Origin: Blasia pusilla
Taxonomy: Eukaryota
Length of the DNA: 64,000 nt
Reading direction: 5' to 3'
Assembly: GCA_050084515.1 (NCBI GenBank)
Contig: CM114271.1
Coordinates: forward strand, 46,748,001-46,812,000
Shown here: piece by piece, positions 23,901-35,400 of the stretch
Layout of the letters: the number at the start of each line of letters is the position of its first letter
Position numbering within the stretch: position 1 is the first letter of the stretch
Made by a program: the position numbers and the translations under genes
The notes under the pieces: generated by a model
Seen by the model: the letters and a program-made list of their open reading frames with translations, nothing else
What the model was told of the DNA's origin: nothing
The model's database searches: none

Positions 23901-26900
23901 CGTTCCAAGCCCCAACATGCTCCAATCTGTGTGCAACTGGAAAGGACGCCACGGGATCGGTCTTCTCAAGATGGGCGCAGACGTCAATCTATCCTTGAGC
24001 AACTTAAATGCTCGCTCTTGCTCATCCCCCCAGTGCCACTCATGATCCATCTTTGTCAACAAGATCAAGGGCTTCGCAATCAAACTGAATCCCTTGACGT
24101 ACCGCGGATAGAAGTTCGCCAATCCCATGAATGCGCAAACACGGCTCACATCTGTAGGGCGTGGAATGCGTGAGATAGCCTCTACCTTTGTATGTTGAAC
24201 ACCAAGGCCCCTTGGGTATATCGTATGACCCAAATACTCAATCTGGTCGTAGAAGAACTTGCACTTGCCTGGATGTAGCTTCAGCCCATGTAATTGCAAT
24301 CGTCGAAACACCTCCTCTAGATGTCACTCATGCTCCTCAACCGTGGCCCTAAAGACTATGATGACTTCAATATAACACCTAGCAAAATCCAGACCAGCCA
24401 AGATCCTATCCATGACCCTTTGAAACTCAGTGGGGGCGTTCTTTAACCCAAATGGTGAGAACCGCCACTGGTACAAACAATCCTTCCCGTGAGGATCGAT
24501 GCCCCAAAATACCGTCTTCTGCCTGTCCTCCAATCTGATAGGCAGTTGATGGTATCCCGCTCGTAAATCCAATGAACTGAAGACCTTTGCGTGACCAATC
24601 GTATCAAAGATCTCCTCAAGGATGGGCATGGCATACCTATCGGACTTCGTCTGTCGATTGATAGGTCGGTAATCCCCACACATCCGCTTATCCGTCCAGT
24701 TGCCATGTACATCCTTCTTGGCGGGCATGACAACGGCACATGCATACTCCCCATGGGACATCTCCACTAGTCTTGCTCTAACCAAGTCCTGGCTCCTACT
24801 GTGAATCAAAGCCCTCTCAATATCACTGTACCTGTAGGGTCGTCGGAAGATCGGCGTATCACTCAACAACTCAATGCGGATCCCCGGTCCCTTCAGCCTA
24901 CCCAAATCCTCCATGCTAAATGCAAAGCAGCTCCTATAACTCGTGAGGAATTGATGTATCCGGCGCCGCTCTCCTCCTGTCAACGTAGGGCCCATATCTG
25001 GCTCCCAAGTCTCCATCGTGACTAGGGTAGGACTCTCGGGCGCGGGTATTGGTGGTTGCTATGGTGCAACCCCGTCTCGAACAACAACGCTCGACTGCTC
25101 TTCTGCAGCCAACTGCAAACTTTGATCCCCTCCACATGCAGTGCTCGGAACCACGCTCGATGTTGTGGCTATCATCTCCTAGCGTACCTGCAAAACATCC
25201 AAAGAAGTCCAAGGGTGTCTCTCCCAATCTCCCGTGGTGTGTCAATCTCCTCGGGTCTCGCCCCCGGCCACTACCTCCACCGTCTCGGTACGCATGGGGC
25301 TCACCAACGCAACCGTTGTGATCTGTCGCGATCTCATCTGACTCTGCTCAGCCACCCCCACGCTGAACATCAATGTCAAGCAGTTCAAGTCCATCGCCTA
25401 ACCCAAGACATGGCGTCGTGATGCCTCTGATACTGACAGGATTTACGTCACTCCTGTGGGAAATCCCATCGCCCGCTCTCTCTTGTCGGCGCTGGGCTCC
25501 ACCAACCTCTGAACTTGGTCATCCTAAACCAAGCCTAGACTGGCCTCCTTGTATGCATAGGAAGCGGGAAAACTCATAAACGTGGGAAAGGCTGCTCGCG
25601 GCCTGCCTATCCTTTTAACCACAGTCAGCGATGGTCGATCATCGTGCCTCACTGCTTGTGATCGATGACCTGCATCTAGAATGGAATCCACTAACAAATG
25701 GGAGGGGCGCTCCACTCTCGCATACGCCCTCTGTAACACCGCATGGGGCAACAAGTTGGTCCACCATAGACGCGGGCAATGGGCTCTAGAACCTACACTC
25801 GCCGCATCCAAGAACATTGCTGGGCTGATCCAGGCATGCACCTAATGAGCACTTGTCACCACCCGTGACCTAGAGTCTCCTAAGATGGGCACATTCTCCA
25901 GAATGTAGGTTGGAGAACGAGATTGGTGCTACTGCAACTGCAGTAAGACCCTCAACATCTCCCAAAACAATCTGGACCGAGTATCAGCCAACCCGCTACC
26001 TCGTCCAGCACTCGATTGGCCCTGATATGGCCAACCGGCAATGACCAAATCAATGGTCCCTACCCGTTGTAAGTCCTGCGCCCCCAACAATGAAATATCC
26101 CTCGGTAGGGAACTCTAGTACCCCTGTACCGCGGATGCAGACAATAAGTTGGGAAAACGTAGGCGTAAGAGCGCCACATGTCGTAGTAAGACGCGCCTCG
26201 CAACATCATCACTCTCCACATACAGGTACTGTTGTACTTGCACTCCTTCCTGCAAAACAATAGCTAACCCGGTGCTAATCCCTCCAAAGAGATCTAACAC
26301 TCGAATACCCTCCTCCGGGATACACCAAACAATGGGTGTGGAATCCAGGGGTGTCATCGTAGCACTCCCTGCTATTTCAAGTTTCTCAGACCCGTCACGC
26401 TCCGGTGCAAACGCTTCGCTCCACGCGGTCTACACGTGCTCATCTGCCAATCATTGGAGCTCCTCAGTCGAGCCCCATAACGGCACCTCTCCTCCACGGA
26501 ATGATGCAGCTACCATAACACTCCTCTCCATAGAAATGTTAGGAATGGGAGTATCCTCTGCATGGACATATCTCTCAATCAAATCACTAGGCCAAGTGAT
26601 GGCACTGCTAAATGCTGTTAAGGTCGCCATCTCTCATGGCCGTTTCTCGATCACTGCACCTGTGAATCAAACGGGTAATGAGCTAAGGCGCCCATCACCT
26701 GACTGCCATCCTGGTCTGTAGGACGCTGACTCCTCCCAGTAATCCAGGGAAAACCCCATCGGGTATAACACTGCTCCATCAACCAAGACGTCGTAGGACT
26801 CTCCATCAGTCACTATCGCCTTGGCGCGCACCACAGACTCATCTGTAGGATGTCCCGGGCGAATCCTCACCACGACCTCCTCTAAGGTGATATACTGTGT

Positions 26901-26960
26901 GGTACTCGCTCCACCCAAGGATGTCTGTATCCAAAATGGACAACGCTCCTCATCGGCTTT
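20956..26960 (-). mobile_element. Family A element, nested antisense copy (A-II), 5'-truncated: PR C-term, MTase, RT, RNaseH, integrase, PHD, then PPT-b-a-b
   Basis: 3' end CGACA at 20956 interrupts the RT of A-I. b2 20956-21080; a2 21081-21595; b1 21598-21724; PPT 21725-21737. RT (RMCGDYRPIN, LDLRAGYHQ, PFGLKNAP) ~23889-25016; RNaseH (LHTDWS, TDHQPL); integrase (HAHEELGHFG..CMVC, WSLDF, LIDHGTEF, GLAER) ~22208-23200; PHD ~21918-22053; MTase ~25355-26309. Confidence 0.9.
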
Positions 26961-28643
26961 CGCGATGCGTTCTTTGCTGGTCGATACGTTGAGGTATGCG
27001 ACTATTTGGGGTGGTGGTTATCGACCAACTATCCGGAGGTTTCATCAAGGAGATTATGTCTACTTACAGCAAACGGCATTGACGACGTTGGATGTGACTA
27101 CAGGGCGCACTATCCTGAGAGTGCCTGACTTTTTGCCATCCGGTGTTCTTTTGCTGGAGGGACGCGATGGTATGGTATGGAAGGACCATGTGCGTAATTG
27201 TGCGCCATGTGACCTTCCTAACATTAATGGTAGAGTAGATCCGAGCTTAGCAATAGTTCCTGCAGGCTTGCGTTGTATGTTGTGTGGTTCTACCCGTGGT
27301 GCGGCCACGATGCTAGTCTGTGATGGATGTTCGAGAGGTTGGCATATGGCATGTCTGCACCACCTCTCACTAGGGTTCCTCGGGGACGATGGATGTGTCC
27401 CAAATGTATATAGAGGAGATATTAGGTAGGTTTCGATTCCGACTTTTTATGTGATATGGATGACAGGAAGGCGACTAACGATGGGGCCACATGAGCACCT
27501 AGCCTTTCTGCTCTTAGCATCCTAGAGATGTATGTCGTGGTAGATAGAGATAGAGGGCTATCTGGAGTTAGAGAGACCTAACCACCATTTAGGGGGACGA
27601 TTGGAGATATTTTGGTACTTCTTGTCTCGTTGTTTGGATTCCATGAGTTAGCATGGGATCATGCGTGTTTGTGTGTGTGTTCGATGATAATGATGTATGT
27701 TGTGTAGTGATGTGTATGCCCACGATAACTATCACGTCTTTTAGGATAGATCGGTGAGATCTAGTAGAGCGCCTTCATGAGTTATGGAGGACATGCTCAG
27801 TAGATCGAAGATGATCTGCTGAGGCCGCGGGAAACTTGAGAGAGCAAGTTTTCCCTTCGTTTCGGCTCATTTTGGAATCATATTGAGAAAACTTACTATT
27901 TTAGGTAAGTAGTATTTTGAATATATGGTTGCCTTTCTATTTTTGGTAAGTAATCCTTGACCTCCTATATGAGGTCAAGAGCCAAGGAGGTGACTTGGGA
28001 GAATAGGTTACCATGGAGAGAGCTTGGGGGAGGGGATGGGTATACCTCAAGAGAGAGAGCTTGAGGGCTCATTCTCTCTTTGTTAAACCTCTTGGCATAA
28101 GGCGGCCGAGCTATGGTCCCTTGCCTTGTGAGTGTAATCCAAGCCTCTCATTAGGAGAGTGGGTTTGGTTTGACATGAGAGAGAGTGCACACCTTTGAGA
28201 GCTATGGTGTGAGATGGTGTAGAGAGAGATTGGATCTTACTTTATTGGAGATATTTTAGTACATCTTGTCTCGTTGTTTGGATGCCATGAGTTAGCATGG
28301 GATCGTGCGTGTTTGTGTGTATGTTTGGTGATAGATGTATGTTGTGTAGCGATGTGTATGCGCACGTCACCTTCTATTTCAGGTTGGATCAAGTAATGAT
28401 TTGATTATTCACTTGGTAGCCAATGAGTGTAAGTTATCAATTTGTAACATAATAACACTACTACATATGATATAAATCTGGAAGTCTAGAGAGCCGCAAT
28501 ATAGTCGCTATACACTCATACTCTACACACAAAAATCAAGTCAATTTTGAGTATTTTCGCCATGTTTTCTTACTCTTGTATAACACTAGAAAGAAAAACT
28601 CTTGAACTTTGTGCTAATTACTTCCAAGTTTGCATATACGGTG

Positions 28644-28645
<2 letters not shown>

Positions 28646-28742
<97 letters not shown>
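28646..28742. repeat. Compound microsatellite (TA)n(GA)n
   Basis: Uninterrupted TA run ~28646-28720 followed by an AG run to 28742. Confidence 0.97.
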
Positions 28743-29119
28743 TTGACCATATACACAATGATGGATTTAAGGAGCACAAGGAAGAGAATATATCATAGGA
28801 TTCTATATTTGAGCCACACCCGACACATAATGATGATCGCACACATAATTTCATTTGAAAATATTTTGATACGAGTAATGATGATAGTGACTTGGGTTTC
28901 TTAAATGAGGAGGTAGTCATCCCATTGTACCCTTCATCTTGAACTATATGGTTGTCTTCCATTTGGCTCTTGCTCGACTTGCTCAAGCGATATCCAGGCA
29001 CAAATGTACGTATGGATGATTTGTTTCAACTCCTACACAGTCGACTCATCTCGGCCGCCTTAATTGGAGAGAAAAACATAATACCATGATCTAGATCATG
29101 AGCTCCGCACATTCTCTCT

Positions 29120-30170
29120 AGCGTCGGACTAGATTACAACGGGAGACAAGCATGTACTTGTGATCAATATCTATATCAAGGATTAGGTGCCTCATTGAGG
29201 TCTTGCAATTATCTACATTCAAGTTGTGGGAAAACACAATACCATGAGGACATGAGGGGAGATTTCCTAGAGAATTGTCTTTGGAAGTTCCTAATCATTA
29301 TTTGCCTAATTCATATGTATCGATGCCCTTCCCTTGCAAGGTTGCATGTGGAGAAAGTCCGTGTCCGTGGACTTAAGTCCATCCTATGAAAGGACTTCTC
29401 TGTATGGGCCCCACCTTCCCCTTCTTTCTCATTCCCCTTACTTGGCTTCGTGTTCCATACTCCCCTTTTCTTCCTCCCTCCACCTCCACTCCCTTCTCCC
29501 TTATTGCTCCTCTCATCCTTGCCTTGCCTTCCATCATGGAGTATAAGTGTGGGTCCCACCTCTTGGAACCTATATCCATAGACATGTCCAAACTTGTCGT
29601 CCATGTCCGTCCTATGGAAGGACTTCTCCGATTCTATGCAACCATGTTCCCTTGTTGAGTTGATGGTTTGGCATTCTACATATCGATCATTGGATAGATA
29701 CATGCGAGGATATATGTGATTGGTTTTGGATTCACCTACCCTTTCACACATAGAGAGTAGGTTTCCTTCTTTGAGAAAGGAGCGCTATCATGTTTGATTT
29801 GGATTAGTGACAATGGGATTTTGCATAGGTCTTACTTGGTTTAATTGGCTGGTGATTTTTGTGAGCTATAATCTCTCGCCACAGTTATGACCATATGATA
29901 CATGCAGAAATCATTCCAAGTGCATTACTTACATAAATTGAACATGGGATTCTTTTATTCCACTACATGGTTAGAAACATAAATCAATTTCTATACTAAA
30001 CTCTAATTTTGCTTGCAAGGTCCCAAAATGGTGAGGCATATTGACACTTACATGGAGCTAGTCGAGGAGTTGGCAATATTATGGGATGGAGTTCATACAT
30101 TCATTTGGAGAGCTGCATGTCAAGGTCTAACCGGATATTCACACTTCAAGCTGTATTGATGTGGACTAAG
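29120..30170 (+). mobile_element. Decayed CACTA/En-Spm transposase (Tnp2/Transposase_21-like) remnant
   Basis: From 30019 the sequence reads GPKMVRHIDTYMELVEELAILWDGVHTF, and after a frameshift FTLQAVLMWT, resembling the En/Spm GPKxPxxIDVYLxPLVxEL..LWxGV and FxLRAxLMWT motifs. Upstream GLDYN..AC..CGKTQY and SYNLSP fragments also fit. Confidence 0.65.
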
Positions 30171-32454
30171 TGCCTACGTACGACAATTAGCCGTCTACAA
30201 TAGACAAAGGGGAAAAGATACCTTCGCCTTCCAGGATGCGTCGACCACCATTCTTTTCTTTTGTAGACGTGGTGCTGGTGGGAACCTAGTAGTTGATAAG
30301 CATAGCATCTCCATCACTAACATCGACAAGATAGCCAACATCTGTTTTCTTTTTATTATATTTTTCACTCTAGACCTGGATGAGAGGAAATCATTTCCAT
30401 GTAACTAGGTTCAATCTCAAAATTCATTGGGACATATACTAATTTTGAGATTTTTATAGTATAGTGAACCTAACCCTAACTTAAGTAAATTTTTAGTACA
30501 AAGGTATGTGTTAGGTTTATAGGTCTTGGAGATCATGCATGCTAGCATGACCATACGGATTATGTCGTAGAGTATAGTGTGCTAGTAGAGGACATACCTT
30601 ATGTAGGGCCGAAGTGTCTAGGTAGGGATGCGGTTTCATACATAGGGTTGGGGGTTACTCCGTTGAGGGTGACTTTTCCAGTAGGGCCCGCCCTTAGGTT
30701 GGAGGGTATAGTGTGGAGTGTACTCAAAAAACAATAGTTCTTTGAGTTGAGCCTGTTCCGTTGGGAGTTAGCCTTGGCTATGGTGGTTCCTAAAAGCTTC
30801 GACCTAGATTCTCCCATCGTGAAGTGGGTTTGGCTCCATTGTATGTGATTCTATATGTGTTTTACTACAGTAGGTCTTTCATGGATTTCACTCAAAGAAT
30901 TGGAGTAGATCGATGGTAGCTTGGATCGTAGATTAGAAGGATCTAGTTAGGGCTTATTGTATACTCAACTGTGGATATTCGTGGCTTGTGGCCTATTTTT
31001 GAGATGAGGATCTGGTACGTGATTGGTTGGGAAAGAAGCGTCTTGCTGAGAGCTTTCCAACGCACTTTAGATTGCCGGATTTCCTCAAGGGAGTTGGAAG
31101 TTATCAAAGATTGAAGATTCACGTTCATGTTCGATGGTTTTCTGATGTGGAGAGCTTGGAGTGTTGAAGCTCTGTAGGTTGAAGGTTCCTATTGCTACCT
31201 CTATTGTGATCTCATGCAAAGCTATCTGCTTGAGTGTGTGGAGCGGATTGCTGTTGTAGTGAAAGAGTGTTGCAGATTTCCATGTGCATGAATTTGGGCG
31301 GAAGCGCTGTCTGATTTGCGATTCTGGAGGTGTATGGACAACAAGTTTGTCTGATTTTTAGCTCGGAGTACAGAGCTCGGTTGTAGCTGATTTTTTGTGG
31401 AGAGGTAGCTATGGTGGCCAATTGAATTTTGGTTGAAATAGATTCAATTTTGGTTGAGTATTTGGGGCGTAATTGCTGGTCAAAATTTCTAGACTAGCAA
31501 GGTCTGGCTATGGTGGACAGCAGATCGGAGGGGCTGGTTGGTTGGTGACTCGTCCGTTGTTGGGGACGCCTATCCCGATGGGGGCGCCCTGGTTGGGCCT
31601 CTCTCCATAGCAAAGCATGGCAAACGGGGCGATAGGGGCATGTCTCGAGCATTTCTTGGCATTTCAAGGCTTCGAGGCAACTCGTGGTAGCTCGGGGCGA
31701 GTGGGCGTGAGAGGCGGAGTAAGGAGCAAGGAGCAAGCAAGCAAGCTTGCTTGCTTGGGCGCGAGGTAGTTTTTGCAGGATTTGTGAGTTGAGTGTTGCA
31801 TAACTGGTCACCCATCTTTGGGCTATTCTGCCTGGAAGACGCTTAATTGCTGAGTATTTAACTATGCCAGTGTACACATTGGTGTAGCTCCTTTGGTGTT
31901 ATTTGGAGATGCGTTAGGCGCTTTTATGCATCTCGGGTTTTCGGTTGATGGACCTCTAGCGCATAGTACGGTGTGGCCTCTCCATACATGTGACATTTTC
32001 AGGTGTTGCGAGTGCGACTAGCACGTCATCGACCATCGGCGGAGTAACTATTGCGTTAGAATTGTGTGGTTGGTTCTGTGGATTCAGGGGGCGCCACGTT
32101 TGGTGGATTGTGTTACATTGATTTCCGTTTTGTACTTCCATTTGCGATTTGAGGGTTGTCGTTGGACTTCTTGTATTTGGATCCCCTCCATCGTTGCTTC
32201 TTGCTTGCGCGCCCATTGTTAGAGCTTACGCTGATTTCCAGAGTAGTTTTACTCTTGTGTGCTACTGGTAGTGAGGCTGGAGTGATGACCAATAAGACTA
32301 CATTTGTTTCTTTCACGGTGAGAGTGGAGTGATGACTAGTAGATCGTGGGAGGCTTCTTGTGGTGATGACAGGTTAGGTTGCCTACACCCATAACTAGTA
32401 GAGCTAGAATAGTATAGCGACATTGACGTCACTTGGTTACTTAGTGGTGGTGAT

Positions 32455-35400
32455 TTGGCATCGGCGTTGGTCATCACGGAGTTGTCTGGTGATCTGGTTG
32501 GGGAGCGTGGTGTGGACAGTGGTGGTTTTACACGGAGTGGATTGAGGTATCGGCTACCTTTTCTACTTCTGACGGTTGATGAAGAGGAGGACGAGGGTGT
32601 TCCAAACACCAAGTCTTCTACATTGTTATCGAGTGTTGCAGCTCCATTGATTTGGGACATGGACGGGATGTATGGGACCATGAAGGGCCCACAAAAATAC
32701 TCGGGTGCAGTGGGCACCATTGAATTGGAGGACTTCATTCAGGAGTTTGACAGTTGGTGTGATATGCAGATGTTGTGGAACGCCACGTTGTTTACACCCT
32801 TCTTGGCTTGGAAGGGGTTGTTTCAGCGCTTGGAGGGACCACCCATGGATAATTACCATGAGTTTAGGAGGGACCATGCTGCTGAGATTGAGACGTGGAG
32901 ATAATATTGGTCTCTAGGCTATATGTCTATCACCCATGGTGGTATTGGTAGTAGTGCTCTTACTATGTCAGCCATCCCGACATTGAGTGTTGCGAGTATG
33001 AGCTGGAGTGGGTTTACCAGTGGAGGTACTAGTGGGGATACTAGTGGAGGTACTAGTGCCCCACCATCGTTCAGCCCGGTTGCAGAGTTCTTCAAGAGGT
33101 TGAAGAAGAATTATCAGGGAGTGAAGATAGAGAAGTTGAGGAGTCTTCAGGAATTCGAGCGAAACACTGGTGAGAGTCTTCGTGAGGCATACACTCGTAT
33201 GCGATGCTTGATTTCAATTATCTAGGGTGTGACTGAGGCTCAGACAATCTAGTTTTGGTATGGGATCTTGGACAAAGAGTTGCGTCGTAGGGTACGTGAT
33301 GCTACTCTTATGAGTGATGATTCACCCACATTGGCCCATAAGTTTGCTGTATCTGAGAAGATTGAGCTTAACATGGTGGAGGAGAGGGTGATGACATCCG
33401 CATTTAGTAGGGATACAACTACTACTTCTCATGTTCAGCTATCCACCTCACAATCTCGTAGTAGTGGTGGTGGTAGTAGTAGTAGTGGGAGTCGTGGGGG
33501 ATCCACACGACCTCAGTTAGGTCCTAGAGGGACGCTTGCACAGAGACCATTGCCTTCATTTGTTGCCCCGCAACAAGGACAGTCATGTTGGACATGTGGA
33601 GGTGATCATGTTAGGAGGTTTTGTCCCCAAGAGGATGGGAGACGGACTTTGGAGGATGGACCTCAGTCAGCCCCAACTCAGTGTGATCATTGTGGGAGAC
33701 CAGGTCATCCTCGAGAGTGTTGCTTTGATCTTCATCAAGAGTTGAGATCAGGCCGCGGCCGTGGTGGAGTAGCTCCGAGAGGCCGAGGTGGTAGAAGTGG
33801 TAGGGTTGGTAGAGGTGGACCAGCGGTTGGAGAGCCTACGGTTGCTGCCCCTACCACTATGACAGTGTCAGCTATGGCTGCCAGGATTGAGCAGTTGGAG
33901 CATAGGTTGGCTACTATGGCTGGTATCCAGCATAGAGCAGGTTCGAGAGCAGCTTCCACCTCTTATGGAGGGGATGATCTCTCTTATATGGCAAGTGCAG
34001 CACATGTTGAGGCATCGGCTGCAGTTACGAGAGGAGCCACTCGAGCATCAGAGCCACGTGGTGCTACTGTGGAGTTGGACCCATAGAGGGGTGAGGCTCG
34101 GAGGCAAGCTAGGCTCCCCCAGTCATTCTTGTTGTTTGAGGTGCTTAGGACTCCATCCATGGTTCCTAAACAACCTATTGAGCCTACAATGGGGACTGAG
34201 GCATCTATATCGCGTGTAGTAGACACGGATGCAACATCCAATGCAGTATTGCGGATGGCAACTTGAGTGTTGGGATCCCCATTGTTTTCATCCACTGAGT
34301 TGATGGCCTTAGGAGTTGACTTAGCTCCTGTATTTCAGCTAGCAGCCATGTTGTGTGAACGTGAGAGTGTTACTGCTACATGTGCTGAGGTGGATGAGGG
34401 TGTTGCGGTGGAGCAACCCTCTATGTCACGTGTAGCATTGAGTACCAGTGCTACTTGGCAGGCAACAACGGCGAAGATGGATGCATTACCAGCCCGGCCA
34501 GCCATTGATTGTGAGAGGCTTAGACCTGGTGTTTGTATGTTGGACAACCGGAGTGGGATCTTCCGATTGGTGAGTCCTACAAGACAAGTGTATAGACCAG
34601 ATAGAGTCTTGTTAGACTCTGGTGCCCAACCTTTCATGTTGGGAAAGGCAGCATGTATTGGTTTGGGTTTTTGGAGGTCAGAGCTTGAGCCTTGCCCATT
34701 CCAGATTCAGACATCACTTGGAGGAGCCAATGATAGGTCTCATTTCATGACATGGGAGAATTTGTCTGTACAGTTGAGACCAGATCATGCGACTGATAGC
34801 TCCAGGTTGGGAGTACCTGAAGTGGTCACATCATCTAAGTCGTATGATGTATTGGTTGGAGGAGCAGTATTGTACCCGATGGGTTTTCAGATGGACTACT
34901 GGATTGAGACAGCGTCTTATAGACCTGGTTGGCAGACCGGGGATGGACGTACGAGCCACGTTCCTGTGAGATTTATTTATGGGGCTTGACCAGGAGGGTC
35001 TTCCCCAACAGTGTTAGCATCTGTGGCTAGTTTTAGCGGAGTAGTCACTTGGCCAGGAGACTTTTTGGAAGGTAACATTTCTACTATGGATTCTCCTGTG
35101 CATGAGGAGGTAGAGGAGGTCCCTAGTTTTGCAGAAGTGGCATCCTCATCGTTGGATGTGCCACTTTGGAGTTCAGGAGGTGCACTACGGTAGGAGGCTG
35201 ATCGCCTAGTGCAGGAGGCTTGGTGTGAGGCTGTTATACCTCCGAGGAAGAGAAGGCTCCACGGCGGACTCCTACTTTTGGTCTAGTTGGATTATCCCCT
35301 TTGGATACTACATCCATTGTAAGGCAGTATCCGTCGGAGGGCATTTGTGTGTTAGATCTCTTTGGTGGGATTAGCATTGGTTTGGCTGCAATGTTGCAGG

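Larger units (their letters stand above)
14343..28369 (+). mobile_element. Family A Gypsy-type retrotransposon, outer copy (A-I), with split direct repeats; disrupted by a nested antisense copy and an internal deletion
   Basis: Starts TGTCACG, ends CACGTCA, flanked by 4-bp TSD CCTT (14339-14342 / 28370-28373). Repeat a1 14343-14855; PPT ttagggggacga to 27600; b1 27601-27727; a2 27730-28244; b2 28245-28369. Gag, PR, MTase and RT start lie at 16428-20955; integrase C-terminus and PHD at ~26982-27410. Confidence 0.9.

Noticed and set aside
28547-29001. ORFs with YIYIYI/RERE runs
   Set aside because: Translations of the (TA)n(GA)n microsatellite.
29316-29680. Possible small TG..CA insertion with internal inverted and direct repeats inside the CACTA remnant
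   Set aside because: No convincing TSD and no second copy in the window.
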